Assembly (NCBI GenBank): GCA_963843145.1
Contig: CAWJJC010000017.1
Span: 160,001 to 224,000, forward strand
Origin: an uncultured delta proteobacterium
GTDB taxonomy: Bacteria; Desulfobacterota; RBG-13-43-22
DNA: 64,000 nucleotides
Reading direction: 5' to 3'
Part shown: in pieces, positions 20,515 to 30,553 of the stretch
How positions within the stretch are numbered: position 1 is the first letter of the stretch
Layout: each line of letters begins with the position of its first letter
The notes under the pieces: generated by a model
Told to the model about the DNA's origin: nothing
What the model saw: only the letters and a program-made list of their open reading frames with translations
Database searches by the model: none
Made by a program: the position numbers and the translations under genes

Positions 20515-21142
20515 CGCGGGCCACCCCCCTGAAGCTCCGCCGATGAAGGGGGCAAGGGCCGTAGCGACGCAAAGCCTCCAGGTGTTCCCGCGTCCCATAC
20601 CCCTTGTTGCCGGGAAAATTATATTCAGGGAAGCGGATATGGCAGGATTCCATCATCTTGTCCCGAATGACTTTGGCCACGATGGAGGCCGCCCCGATCG
20701 TCAGGCTGCGGGCATCTCCCCGGATCAGGCACTGTTGGGGGACCGCAAGATCAAGCGCCCGGTTACCGTCCACCAGCAGAAGGTCCGGAGCAATCGGCAA
20801 CCGCAGGACGGCCGTTTTCATGGCCTTCAAGGCCGCTTGAAGAATATTGATCCGATCCACCTCTCCGGCATCCACGGACCCTAACCCAATGGCCAGGGCC
20901 TTTTCCCGGATGAGGGGGAAAAGGGCTTCCCTTTGTTTGGCCGTTAATTTTTTGGAATCGGTGATACCCGGGATGAGCACCGCAGTGGGGAAGATCACCG
21001 CGGCGGCAAGAACCGGTCCGGCCAACGGTCCCCGGCCGACTTCATCTACACCGGCAATACATAGCGATTCGAGGGATCGAAGGGAAAACTCATAATAGAC
21101 TGGGGCGCTCTGTCGGTTTGCTCGACGGCCCATTTGATTCAA
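20504..21142 (-). CDS. rnhB: Ribonuclease HII
   Basis: GVDEVGRGPLAGPV, DSKKL, AASIVAKV and NKGYGT. Confidence 0.97.
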   Translation of the reverse strand: MNQMGRRANRQSAPVYYEFSLRSLESLCIAGVDEVGRGPLAGPVLAAAVIFPTAVLIPGITDSKKLTAKQREALFPLIREKALAIGLGSVDAGEVDRINILQAALKAMKTAVLRLPIAPDLLLVDGNRALDLAVPQQCLIRGDARSLTIGAASIVAKVIRDKMMESCHIRFPEYNFPGNKGYGTREHLEALRRYGPCPLHRRSFRGVARDGE

Positions 21143-21227
21143 ATTCGAAATCCGAATACCCTGCCTTAGGCGGGGAACAAATTCAAACGATCATATCTCA
21201 AAATAGAGCGGCGGAAGAGCCAACTCC

Positions 21228-21587
21228 TCAGGCGGGTTTTTGAAAGGTCCTTTTCTCTTTTATACGCGCCGCCCGGCCTTTTAGACCCCTTAAATAATAA
21301 AGCCTGGCCCGCCGCACCTTTCCTCGGCTGATAATATCGATCCGGTCGATCGACGGGGAGTGAGTGGGGAAGATACGTTCCACTCCCACGCCGTAAGAAA
21401 CTTTCCGCACCGTAAAAGTCGCCCCGGTATTCCCTTTCCGATTGCGGATGACCACGCCCTCGAAAACCTGGATCCGTTCTTTTTCGCCTTCTTTTATTTT
21501 CACATGGACTCGAATCTGATCACCGGTCCGAATGTCGGGCAAATCGGCACGCATTTGTTCTTTTTCCAACAAGGTTAAGACATCCAC
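21228..21587 (-). CDS. rplS: 50S ribosomal protein L19
   Basis: [19 protein letters not shown] and RARLYYLR. Confidence 0.98.
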   Translation of the reverse strand: MDVLTLLEKEQMRADLPDIRTGDQIRVHVKIKEGEKERIQVFEGVVIRNRKGNTGATFTVRKVSYGVGVERIFPTHSPSIDRIDIISRGKVRRARLYYLRGLKGRAARIKEKRTFQKPA

Positions 21588-21610
21588 GGCTTTACTCCTC
21601 TATAGATAAT

Positions 21611-22381
21611 TTAATGTTTCCGTTTCCGGTGGTCCGGCTTCGTTTTGACGGCCTCCTGGGCTAAGGCCAAAAACTCCAAATCCTCGGTTTTCAATGGCGC
21701 TTTAGCTAACAGTTCCGGCCGGACGGCCATGGTCCCGGCCAGCGATTCTTCGCGTCGCCAACGGCGAATCTGGGCATGGTTCCCGGTCAAGAGCATCTCG
21801 GGAACCTTATGGTTTTCAAAATTTCCGGGGCGGGTGTATTGGGGGTACTCCAACAGGTGGTCCTCGTAGGATTCCTGATCGATAGACTCCGAACTCCCCA
21901 AAACCTCCGGTATCAGTCGCACCACCCCGTCCAGCATCACCAGGGCCGCCGGTTCCCCTCCGCTCAAGACGTAATCGCCGACGGAAATCTGGTCCTGGCA
22001 GTAATGGGCCCCTACCCGTTCATCCACCCCTTCATAACGGCCGCAGATCAAAACCAGTCGTCCTTGCGCCGCGATTTTTTTCAAAATCCCTTGATCCAGG
22101 GGCCGCCCCCGAGGCGTCAACAGAATACTGTACGGCCGGCCGGGAGGAATCCCCTGGAGAAAAGTCAGGGCCCGCACGATCGGTTCCGGTTTCAAAACCA
22201 TCCCCGGCCCACCCCCGAAAGGCCGATCATCCACGGTGCGATGTCGGTCGAGGGTAAACTCACGCAGATTAAAAATTCTGACCTGGACCAGACCCTTTTC
22301 AATTCCCCGGTGGATCATCCCCTCCTGGAGGGGGGAGGCAAAATAACTCGGAGAAAGGGTCAGGATGTCAATGACCATCAA
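21611..22381 (-). CDS. trmD: tRNA (guanine37-N1)-methyltransferase
   Basis: VDDRPFGGGPGMV, CGRYEGVDER and SVGDYVLSGGE. Confidence 0.98.
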   Translation of the reverse strand: MMVIDILTLSPSYFASPLQEGMIHRGIEKGLVQVRIFNLREFTLDRHRTVDDRPFGGGPGMVLKPEPIVRALTFLQGIPPGRPYSILLTPRGRPLDQGILKKIAAQGRLVLICGRYEGVDERVGAHYCQDQISVGDYVLSGGEPAALVMLDGVVRLIPEVLGSSESIDQESYEDHLLEYPQYTRPGNFENHKVPEMLLTGNHAQIRRWRREESLAGTMAVRPELLAKAPLKTEDLEFLALAQEAVKTKPDHRKRKH

Positions 22382-22889
22382 CCTCCCACAATCCCTGTAG
22401 CGTCCGAACTTTTATCTCTCCCTCCCCTTGATCCACGGAAAGGATCACCTCGGCTACAGCCGGTATTAAATATTCTCTTCCCGGGGTCCTGGCCACCCAG
22501 ACATCGTGAGCCGGCGTGGAGATCACCTCCTCCAAGCGGCCCAAAAACCGCCCTTCCTCGCTGACCACGCGCAAGCCGATCAATTGGTACCAGTAATACT
22601 CCCCCTCCGGGAGTTTCCCCAGGCTTTCTTCCCGCACATAAAGTGACCTCCCTACCAAGGCCTCCGCTGCCTGACGGTCTTCCACCCCTGTGAAACGAAG
22701 GATAAAATGGTGGTCGCCGGCCTTAGACTCGGAAATCACATAATCTGTCTGTTCTTCATCCTGCCGGACATAAATCCGGGCACCGGGCTTAAAACTTTCC
22801 CCTGAAGCCGGATCGGCCTGAACCTTCAAATGTCCCCTCAGGCCGTGAGGTTTAGTGATCGCTCCGATCCAAAGAAACCCAGACCCCAT
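22368..22889 (-). CDS. rimM: Ribosome maturation factor RimM
   Basis: IGAITKPHGLRG and EYYWYQLIGL; conserved synteny. Confidence 0.95.
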   Translation of the reverse strand: MGSGFLWIGAITKPHGLRGHLKVQADPASGESFKPGARIYVRQDEEQTDYVISESKAGDHHFILRFTGVEDRQAAEALVGRSLYVREESLGKLPEGEYYWYQLIGLRVVSEEGRFLGRLEEVISTPAHDVWVARTPGREYLIPAVAEVILSVDQGEGEIKVRTLQGLWEVDGH

Positions 22890-22902
22890 GGGGATTAGAA
22901 CA

Positions 22903-23133
22903 TCACTCGAGGATTTCCAACACGGAACGTTTCTTAATTTTGGTGGAAGCCGCACTTAGAATGGTTCGGATGGCCCGAGCGGTCCGCCCTTGCTTGCCGA
23001 TGATTTTGCCCAGGTCTTCCTTGGCCACTTTCAATTCGAGGACCGAAGTCTGTTCCCCTTCAATCTCGTGAACTTCCACTTGATCCGGATTGTCAACCAA
23101 AGCCTTCGCAATATACTTTACCAGCTCTTTCAT
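22903..23133 (-). CDS. khpA: KH domain RNA-binding protein
   Basis: [17 protein letters not shown]; lies between rpsP and rimM. Confidence 0.95.
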   Translation of the reverse strand: MKELVKYIAKALVDNPDQVEVHEIEGEQTSVLELKVAKEDLGKIIGKQGRTARAIRTILSAASTKIKKRSVLEILE

Positions 23134-23218
23134 GCCGCTACCTCCCGCAAGTGAATAAATCCTCCAGTCGCCAAATCCCGTTGCCGGATCTCCGGATTCA
23201 GAGCCCCTGGGCTTTGAT

Positions 23219-23473
23219 TTAAAGGGCTTCCTTTAGGACTCCAGACGACCGAATCAAGTTTTCCACGGTGGTACTGGGGCGGGCCCCTACGGAGAGCCAT
23301 TTTTTCAAGCTCTCCGGTTTCCAGGAAATCTGGGCCGGATCGCTATTGGGATTATAAGTCCCCAGGATTTCAATAAACTTCCCGTCCCGCGGGGACTCGG
23401 CACTAGCCACCACCATGCGATAAAAGGGCTTCTTCTTAGCCCCCATGCGCGTTAACCGTATCCTTACCGCCAT
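23219..23473 (-). CDS. rpsP: 30S ribosomal protein S16
   Basis: [19 protein letters not shown] and [15 protein letters not shown]. Confidence 0.98.
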   Translation of the reverse strand: MAVRIRLTRMGAKKKPFYRMVVASAESPRDGKFIEILGTYNPNSDPAQISWKPESLKKWLSVGARPSTTVENLIRSSGVLKEAL

Positions 23474-23523
23474 ATCCGTTTCTCCTTCCCTTATTTGCTC
23501 TCTATTGATTATATCGAATTCCA

Positions 23524-24855
23524 CTAAAAAGGCAAGAAACCTCTTTTCAGGCTCTTTTTGCCTCCCTTGGTAAATTGTTTAATCATCTTTTGTACTTGTT
23601 CAAAATTCTTTATCAGTTTATTTACATCCTGGACCGTAGTACCGCTCCCTCGGGCAATCCGCCTTCGGCGGCTGCCGTTGAGCAGGTGATAATTTTTGCG
23701 CTCCTCCGGGGTCATGGAATTGATCATGGCCTCGGTGAGGACCAATTCCTTCTCGTCGGGCTGAGCATCTTTCAAGGCCTTGACCCGATTAAAACCGGGA
23801 ATCATCTGCATGATCTGGTCCATAGACCCTATTTTCTTGATCTGGCGAAGCTGGTCCTTGAAATCCTCTAAGGTAAAACTCTCCTTCCGGATTTTCCGGG
23901 CCAGTTCATCGGCCTGTTTTTGATCGAACTGGGATTGCGCTTTTTCGATCAGCGAAAGCATGTCGCCCATACCCAGGATTCGGGAAGCCATGCGGTCCGG
24001 GTAAAAAGGCTCTAAGGCGTCTAATTTCTCCCCCACGCCGATAAACTTGATCGGTTTTTCGATGACCGCCTTGATGGACAGGGCGGCGCCTCCCCGGGCA
24101 TCGCCCTCCATTTTGGTCAGGATGACCCCGGTCACCTCCAGGATTTCGTTGAACTTTTGGGCAACGTTGACGGCATCCTGGCCCGTCATGGCATCGGCCA
24201 CCAAAAGGATTTCATTGGGCCGGATCCGCTCTTTGATCCGCCTCAATTCATCCATCAGCCCCTGGTCGATATGCAACCGACCGGCGGTATCCATAATCAG
24301 GGGATTCAAACCTTGCTGGCGAGCCCACTCCCAGGCTTGGGAACACAAATCCACCGGGTCCAGCTCCCGATGGGCAGGAAAAATCTCCACGCCGGCCATT
24401 TCCGCGACTTTCTGAAGCTGCTCCATCGCCGCCGGACGGTAGACATCGGCGGAGACCAGGGCCGGTCGAAAATTCTTCTGTTTTAACCACAGGGCCAGCT
24501 TGCCGGCGCTGGTGGTCTTTCCGGAGCCTTGCAGACCGACCAGCAGGATGGGAATCGGCGGGCGGCCGGCCAAATTCAAGTCCTGGCGCATCCCGCCCAT
24601 TAAAACGGTCAATTCCTCCTGGACGATCTTGATGACCTGCTGAGCCGGGGTCAGGCTGCCGAGGACTTCCTGCCCCAGGGACCGTTGGCGGACTTTTTCA
24701 ATAAAATCCTTGGCGACCTTGTAATGGACGTCAGCCTCCAGCAAGGCCAGACGCACTTCCCGCAGGCCCTCTTTCATGTTGGCTTCAGTCAGCTTGCCCT
24801 GGCCCTTTAATTTCTTAAAGGTCAAGTTCAGCCGGTCACTAAGGGATTCGAACAT
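23524..24855 (-). CDS. ffh: Signal recognition particle protein
   Basis: GLQGSGKTT, DTAGR, DARGGAALS and SRRRRIARGSG. Confidence 0.98.
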   Translation of the reverse strand: MFESLSDRLNLTFKKLKGQGKLTEANMKEGLREVRLALLEADVHYKVAKDFIEKVRQRSLGQEVLGSLTPAQQVIKIVQEELTVLMGGMRQDLNLAGRPPIPILLVGLQGSGKTTSAGKLALWLKQKNFRPALVSADVYRPAAMEQLQKVAEMAGVEIFPAHRELDPVDLCSQAWEWARQQGLNPLIMDTAGRLHIDQGLMDELRRIKERIRPNEILLVADAMTGQDAVNVAQKFNEILEVTGVILTKMEGDARGGAALSIKAVIEKPIKFIGVGEKLDALEPFYPDRMASRILGMGDMLSLIEKAQSQFDQKQADELARKIRKESFTLEDFKDQLRQIKKIGSMDQIMQMIPGFNRVKALKDAQPDEKELVLTEAMINSMTPEERKNYHLLNGSRRRRIARGSGTTVQDVNKLIKNFEQVQKMIKQFTKGGKKSLKRGFLPF

Positions 24856-24883
24856 GGTCTTACCTGAAAAATTAAAAATTTTA

Positions 24884-24982
24884 AATTTATTCTTATCTAC
24901 TAATAATGTCAATAACTTTTTTTTAATCGCTCGCCGATCAATAAACAAATATCTTGACAAAAAAAATCCGGAAAGTTATTTT
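24884..24982. promoter_or_regulatory. Divergent sigma70 promoters for ffh (-) and the tRNA pair (+)
   Basis: Minus strand TTGACA(24912-24907)-17-TAAATT; plus strand TTGACA(24954)-17-TATTTT. Confidence 0.6.
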
Positions 24983-24995
24983 AATCATTTTCTCG

Positions 24996-25071
24996 GGGCC
25001 GTTAACTCAGGAGGTAGAGTATCTGCCTTTTAAGCAGAGAGTCGTTGGTTCGAATCCAACACGGCCCACCA
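24996..25071 (+). tRNA. tRNA-Lys (TTT)
   Basis: Acceptor GGGCCGT/ACGGCCC-ACCA, anticodon arm TCTGC-CTTTTAA-GCAGA, GGTTCGAATCC. Confidence 0.97.
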
Positions 25072-25078
25072 AGGAGAC

Positions 25079-25156
25079 GTCCCCATCGTCTAGCCTGGCC
25101 CAGGACACCGGCCTTTCACGCCGGCAACACGGGTTCAAATCCCGTTGGGGACGCCA
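25079..25156 (+). tRNA. tRNA-Glu (TTC)
   Basis: Acceptor GTCCCCA/TGGGGAC-GCCA, anticodon arm CCGGC-CTTTCAC-GCCGG. Confidence 0.97.
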
Positions 25157-25167
25157 AGAACTTTCCA

Positions 25168-25199
25168 GGGGTTGGCCTGCCGGGCCGACCCTTTTTTTT
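25168..25199 (+). terminator. Terminator after the tRNA pair
   Basis: GGGTTGGCC-TGCCG-GGCCGACCC followed by T8. Confidence 0.85.
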
Positions 25200-25291
25200 C
25201 CTTTTCCCTATATATGCTTTTACTGATATAGAGAAAAATGATATTGCCACGACCTTCCGGGTTGGATTCACAGCCCCGGGATTGGACCCCT

Positions 25292-26002
25292 ATGAAGCAT
25301 CCAGGCCTCACGGTCACCTTCATCATAACGATCCTCTTGGCGGGTTTCAGCCACTCCCCGGCGAGTGAACCGCCCGAGACGAAGGTTCCTCGCCCCGAGA
25401 GAAGCCTCCTTTTCAGTCTCCAATACGGATGGCCGGCCCGGTATTTCTCGGACAAATTGTATTCCAACTTCAATACCTTCAGTTTCAATGCGGCCTTCGA
25501 AAAGGAATGCGGAGTCATCATTTTCCCGGCAGGTGGTCCTCTTTCGGAATCCCTGCTGCTGGAATTCAGGCTCTTGAAGATCTGGGGGAACGCTATCCCC
25601 CTTAATGACGATCAGGTTTCCGGCGAAAAACTAGCCCGGGCCAAACAGCAGGGACATGAGCCTACCGTCAACTGGGACACCTATCAGCTAGGCCTGACCC
25701 CTTTCTATCGGATCTATTACCCGATTACCAAGAACTTCAGGCCCTATTTCGAATTAGGGGCCGGGTTAACCTGGTTGCTGGAGGGGTTGATTGAAAATGG
25801 CACCCGCTGGAATTTTTCACTCTATTCCGGCCTGGGCACCGAATTCAGATGGGGAGGCCTCCCCCTTCACGCCTTTTTACGCCTGGAACATTTCAGCAAC
25901 GGAATGAAGTATTGGCATCAGATGGGCCTGTCGGACCAAAGGTTGATCGGCCCGGAAACCCTGGTCCTGGGGCTGGGAATCCGTTATCCGTTGGATATAT
26001 GA
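25292..26002 (+). CDS. Acyloxyacyl hydrolase / PagL-like outer-membrane beta-barrel
   Basis: Signal peptide, RPYFELGAG, WNF and EHFSNG (PagL His-x-Ser motif). Confidence 0.75.
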   Translation: MKHPGLTVTFIITILLAGFSHSPASEPPETKVPRPERSLLFSLQYGWPARYFSDKLYSNFNTFSFNAAFEKECGVIIFPAGGPLSESLLLEFRLLKIWGNAIPLNDDQVSGEKLARAKQQGHEPTVNWDTYQLGLTPFYRIYYPITKNFRPYFELGAGLTWLLEGLIENGTRWNFSLYSGLGTEFRWGGLPLHAFLRLEHFSNGMKYWHQMGLSDQRLIGPETLVLGLGIRYPLDI

Positions 26003-26051
26003 TGCTCCCCGGCCGCTGGAACTCTACTGAAAGGGCCCCTTCCCTCTCCCC

Positions 26052-26765
26052 ATGAACCGATTTCTGCTTCACCTGGTCTTATCCTTTCCGCTGTTGCTAG
26101 CCCTCCTCGCCCCCGGGCAAGGCTGGTGCGTCTCCAGGGAACTCGACGAATCGAGTCTGAAGGGGAAAAGCCTCTTGGTCCAATTCCAGTCCGGCTGGCC
26201 GGTTCAGTTGGTCTCTGACATCCTCTATGAAAACACCCGGGTGAACAGCCTGAGCATTGGTTTGGAGAATGAACTGGCCTCCTGGGTGTTCCTAAGAAAA
26301 ATCAGACTGATCGGATCCTTGTTGACCGAACTGCGCCTCTCCAAAATCTACGGTCGGGAGGTGCCTCTCTCCCGGGATCAGGTCTCAGCCCAGGAATGGC
26401 TCCAGGCCCAAAAAGAGGGCCGCCGGCCGACCACGAATTGGGACCTGTTTCAGATCGGACTTACACCCGTTTATCGCGTCTATCTTCCCCTGTCTAAAGA
26501 TCTTCGCCCCTTTCTGGAAGCCGGCATCGGGTTCACCTACCTGCAGGATGTCCTGATCAAAGAAGGGACGTCCTGGAATTTTCTGCTGCTCCTGGGGATT
26601 GGTTCGGACTTGAAATTATGTGATTGTCTGCCGGTCAGTGTCACTTTGCGCCTGGAGCATTTCAGCAATGGCGGGAAAATCGGGGGAGATTGGGGTATTA
26701 CCGACAAACGGGTCATCGGCCCGGAAACGATGGCCCTGGGATTGGGGGTCCGGATCCCGTTCTAA
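26052..26765 (+). CDS. Acyloxyacyl hydrolase / PagL-like paralog
   Basis: RPFLEAGIG, EHFSNGG, C-terminal Phe; aligns with the upstream ORF. Confidence 0.75.
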   Translation: MNRFLLHLVLSFPLLLALLAPGQGWCVSRELDESSLKGKSLLVQFQSGWPVQLVSDILYENTRVNSLSIGLENELASWVFLRKIRLIGSLLTELRLSKIYGREVPLSRDQVSAQEWLQAQKEGRRPTTNWDLFQIGLTPVYRVYLPLSKDLRPFLEAGIGFTYLQDVLIKEGTSWNFLLLLGIGSDLKLCDCLPVSVTLRLEHFSNGGKIGGDWGITDKRVIGPETMALGLGVRIPF

Positions 26766-26873
26766 ATGAAACGCCTCCTCCCCGGAGGCGGACAGGAATT
26801 TACATCAATCACCGATGACCACGGCGTCGTTGATGTAGTCAGGTAATAAATGAGGACGGAAAGGAGAAAAGAT

Positions 26874-27722
26874 ATGAGTGGACGACTAATGGGGAAGACG
26901 GCGATTATTACCGGAGGGACGAGCGGCATCGGACGGCGAAGCGTTGAAATTTTTGCCCGGGAGGGGGCCTCCGTTCTCATCGCTGCCCGGCGGGAAAAGG
27001 AAGGAAGAGAACTGGCGGAGGCTTTGGGCCCCCGGGTAGATTTCCTGAAGACCGACGTTTCCAGGGAGGCCGAGGTAAAGGCCATGATCGATTTCGCCGT
27101 GAAGCGCTTCGGGCGTTTGGACTGCCTCTTCAATAACGCCGGTTGTCCGGCCCCGGTGGGGGGAATCGCCACCATCCCTTTGGACAAGTATGAGGCTGCC
27201 CTGTCGGTCCTTCTGGGCGGGGTCATGCTGGGAATGAAACATGCCGCGCCGGTCATGCGAGCCCAGGGTTCAGGCAGCATCATTAATAACGGCAGCGTCG
27301 CCGGTGTCCTGGCCGGATATTCCTCGTCGATGATTTACTCGGCGGCCAAGGCGGCCGTTATCCATCTGACGAAATGCGTAGCCATGGAGCTGGGAGAGAG
27401 AAACATCCGGGTCAACTGCATCTCACCCGGAGGCATTGCCACCGGCATTTTCGGCAAAGCCCTTGGCTTGCCGACAGAGGAAGCCGAGCAAAACGTCGAA
27501 GCCATCCAACAGGCCTTGGCGGCCATGCAGCCCATTCGTCGTGCCGGTCTACCGGAGGATATCGCTCTGGCAGCCGTTTTTCTCGCTTCGGACGAATCAA
27601 CCTTTGTCAACGGCCATAACCTGGTAGTGGACGGCGGTCTGATCGGAGGACGGCACTGGTCGGTGCAACAACAAGGATTGAATCTAATGCGGGCGGGCTT
27701 TGGTATAAAGGTCGAAAGCTGA
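26874..27722 (+). CDS. SDR family oxidoreductase
   Basis: TGGTSGIG, NNAG, YSAAK and VNCISPG. Confidence 0.95.
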   Translation: MSGRLMGKTAIITGGTSGIGRRSVEIFAREGASVLIAARREKEGRELAEALGPRVDFLKTDVSREAEVKAMIDFAVKRFGRLDCLFNNAGCPAPVGGIATIPLDKYEAALSVLLGGVMLGMKHAAPVMRAQGSGSIINNGSVAGVLAGYSSSMIYSAAKAAVIHLTKCVAMELGERNIRVNCISPGGIATGIFGKALGLPTEEAEQNVEAIQQALAAMQPIRRAGLPEDIALAAVFLASDESTFVNGHNLVVDGGLIGGRHWSVQQQGLNLMRAGFGIKVES

Positions 27723-27739
27723 TCTGTTTTCCCCTTCCC

Positions 27740-29623
27740 TTAACCCAAAATCAGTTGATACCGGACGGTATACCGGGCCAGGATTTCGGCCACCTTTTCC
27801 CTGATGGTCTCTTCCGACACCCCGGCCGCAGGGGTAATGGTTATTGTGGCCAGGGATCCATGGACCTTGTCCTCGGCCACTTTGACTACGGTATGGTCTG
27901 CCAGTCCCTGCAGGGTGGAAAGTTGCTCCGCGTACACCTTTCGGATACTCTCCCAGCGAAGTGCCGGCTTAAAAATCTTGCCCACCGGAGTGAGGGGAAT
28001 CTGGGGGACCACAAAGACTTGCTTAGGTATGGCTGCCCGTTCACCCATCTCCTTACGGAGATATTCCAATATTTCGCCTTCGGTGATAGTCGCTCCATCC
28101 TTGAGTTCCACGAAGGCTACCGGGATTTCGCCGGCGTGGGGATCGGGGCTGCCCACCGCCGCAGCCATCTTCACCTCGGGAAGTCGATACAGGGGTTCTT
28201 CAATAACCGCCGGATCGATATTGTGCCCCCCCCGGATGATAAGTTCTTTTCTGCGCCCGGTCAGCCAGAAATAGCCGTCCTGGTCCTGCCTTCCCAGGTC
28301 CCCGGTATTGAACCATTCCGGAAGGGGCCAGATGCGGCGGTTCTGGGCCTCATCCAGATAGCCCCGGAATACATTCGGGCCCTTAAGGCAAACGCCGCCG
28401 ATCTCATCGGCCTCGGCCTCTCTCACAAACGTTCCTTCTTCATCCACGATCAAGACCTTCATCTCCTGATAGGGAAGCCTCAGGCCGATGGAACCGATCT
28501 TCCGCTCCCCATGAAAGGGGTTCACGGATGAAACACAGGTCCCTTCGGTAAGGCCGTAGCCCTCGATGATCTTCATGCCGCTGTGGGCCTCAAATCGCCT
28601 GAAGAGCTCCACGGATAGCGGGGCCGCCCCGCAGACCAGATAGCGAAGGGAAGATATGTCCGAATCCCCCTTGGGTATATCGAGAAGCACCGACAGAATC
28701 GTCGGCACGGCCGAGAAGGAAACCGCCCGGTAGTGTTCGACAATCTTGTAGAAGTTTTTTATAACCGCCGGGTCTCGATAGCCGCGCGGCCCAAGGATCA
28801 CCACATGGGCCCCGATGGAGAAAGGGAACGATCCGGTCACGGTGGTGCCGTTGACATGGAAAAGGGGCAGCCCGCACAGGGTCACCTCCCCGGCGTACAG
28901 TTCGGCTCCCAGGGCTACCATCAAGGGCATGACCGCTTCATTATAATGGGTGTGGGGAGCCAGCTTCGGGGTGCCGGTGGTCCCCCCGGTGTGATACATG
29001 GAGGCGATGTCCTCGGGGTTAATCAGGCGATCGGAATCCAGTCCATCCTCCCGGTAACGGGGGAGAAGCTCTTCAAAGCTATAAATCCCTTCCTTTTCAT
29101 CCCCGGGCCCCATGATCCGGACCACAGCCTTGAGTCCCGGGAGGTCCTTCCGGATTAAGGAGACCTTCTGCCAGATGTCCGCTCCCGGAAACTCGCCCAG
29201 GGCCACCAGGACCTTGGTATTGGCCGCTTGACAGATTTCACGAATGGTAAAGGGCTCCAGCAGGGAATTGATCGGGTTGACGATCCCGGCGGCCTCTCCC
29301 CCCCAAAGCACAAAATGGGTCTCCGGCAGGTTGGGAAGGAGATAGGAGATAACGTCCCCCGAACGGATCCCCAGGTCGTGAAAGAGGTTGGCTGCCTGGG
29401 TCACCCTGGAGATTAATTCCCGGTAATTGATCTGCCGGGGAGAAGCATAGTCTTCCCCTTTGGAGAAAAAGCTGATGGCCGGGGCTTCCGGATTGATCCC
29501 TGCGCCCTGCTTCAGCAGATCATAGGTATTGGTGGCCTTGATCCTTTCCTTTAGGGGGGTCTTCTCAATGGCCCCAAGGTCTGCGATTGTTCGCACCCTA
29601 ATTTTTTCTATCGACATGTTCAA
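27740..29623 (-). CDS. Acyl-CoA synthetase (AMP-binding)
   Basis: HTGGTTGTPK, EGYGLTE, TGDLG and GKIFKPAL. Confidence 0.95.
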   Translation of the reverse strand: MNMSIEKIRVRTIADLGAIEKTPLKERIKATNTYDLLKQGAGINPEAPAISFFSKGEDYASPRQINYRELISRVTQAANLFHDLGIRSGDVISYLLPNLPETHFVLWGGEAAGIVNPINSLLEPFTIREICQAANTKVLVALGEFPGADIWQKVSLIRKDLPGLKAVVRIMGPGDEKEGIYSFEELLPRYREDGLDSDRLINPEDIASMYHTGGTTGTPKLAPHTHYNEAVMPLMVALGAELYAGEVTLCGLPLFHVNGTTVTGSFPFSIGAHVVILGPRGYRDPAVIKNFYKIVEHYRAVSFSAVPTILSVLLDIPKGDSDISSLRYLVCGAAPLSVELFRRFEAHSGMKIIEGYGLTEGTCVSSVNPFHGERKIGSIGLRLPYQEMKVLIVDEEGTFVREAEADEIGGVCLKGPNVFRGYLDEAQNRRIWPLPEWFNTGDLGRQDQDGYFWLTGRRKELIIRGGHNIDPAVIEEPLYRLPEVKMAAAVGSPDPHAGEIPVAFVELKDGATITEGEILEYLRKEMGERAAIPKQVFVVPQIPLTPVGKIFKPALRWESIRKVYAEQLSTLQGLADHTVVKVAEDKVHGSLATITITPAAGVSEETIREKVAEILARYTVRYQLILG

Positions 29624-29749
29624 ATTTCTCCAAAAAGGGAAAAGGCTATTTGCCCGGGAAAAGGTCTCCGGGATTATCCACTATCATGGTTTTGATCAGA
29701 AAACCTGGTCACTTGGGCTGCCTCCGCGATAACCGTCCTTGACCAGTGG

Positions 29750-30000
29750 ATTGACTTTTTACGGAAATATACGGAAGACAAAACGCTGCTCATGGTCGAG
29801 CACGACATGAGCGTGGTCTTTGATCTGGCGGATCGCATTTCGGTGCTGGTCTATGGGGAACTGGTGGCCACGGATACCCCCGGTAACATTCGCAGCAACG
29901 TCCAGGTTCAAGAAGCCTATCTGGAAAAGGAGCTGGCCTAAACGCTGGAGATAAAAGACCTGCACGCCTATTACGGCCGCAGCCACATTCTTCAAGTGGA
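29750..30000 (+). pseudogene. Remnant of branched-chain amino acid ABC ATPase genes (livG 3' end + livF 5' end)
   Basis: TLLMVEHDMSVVFDLADRISVLVYGE...VQEAYL-stop, then (T)LEIKDLHAYYGRSHILQ with ACG in place of ATG. Confidence 0.8.
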
Positions 30001-30001
30001 A

Positions 30002-30394
30002 TTATGGGGTGGGGTCGGGTTTGCTTTTGGTGCCCAGGCGATCGACCACTTTTTCAAAGTAGACCTGGTCCTCTTCAAACTGCGGAGAAACCTTGCGCAT
30101 CATGTTCAGCTTCATGATCATGAAATTGAGCCGCTTCATCTGCTTGTATTTCTCTTCCACATCCTCAATTCCCCGGAGCATTTCTTCCAGCCGGACGATG
30201 TCCTTTTTCAGTTCCAGTTCCGGGGGGAGGCAGTCGGCATTCTTCAGGATTTTATAGGCCAACCGCAATTCCTCCGGGACCTGGCTGTCGTCTTCCAGTT
30301 GCAAGGGCCGGCCCTTACCGGGGAGGTTGTCCAACTCCCCCCTGCGCAGGGCCTCCTGAATTTTACGTTCGGCGATGAAATTAGGCAGAATCAT
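30002..30394 (-). CDS. DUF1992 / DnaJ-family-related protein
   Basis: AERKIQEA.RRGELDNLPGKGRPL and ILKNADCLPPE. Confidence 0.9.
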   Translation of the reverse strand: MILPNFIAERKIQEALRRGELDNLPGKGRPLQLEDDSQVPEELRLAYKILKNADCLPPELELKKDIVRLEEMLRGIEDVEEKYKQMKRLNFMIMKLNMMRKVSPQFEEDQVYFEKVVDRLGTKSKPDPTP

Positions 30395-30553
30395 AATGAA
30401 CGAAGATCGCTAAACACGAGAATGAAGCGGATTTTACCAGCGTTTCTCGGAAAAATCAATACCGATTCACCACTACGAATCATGAAAAATGATTTCTCGT
30501 CATCCCCGAAGGCCTTTATCGGGGATCCAGTGTTCCTTAAGAGTGGTTAGATT

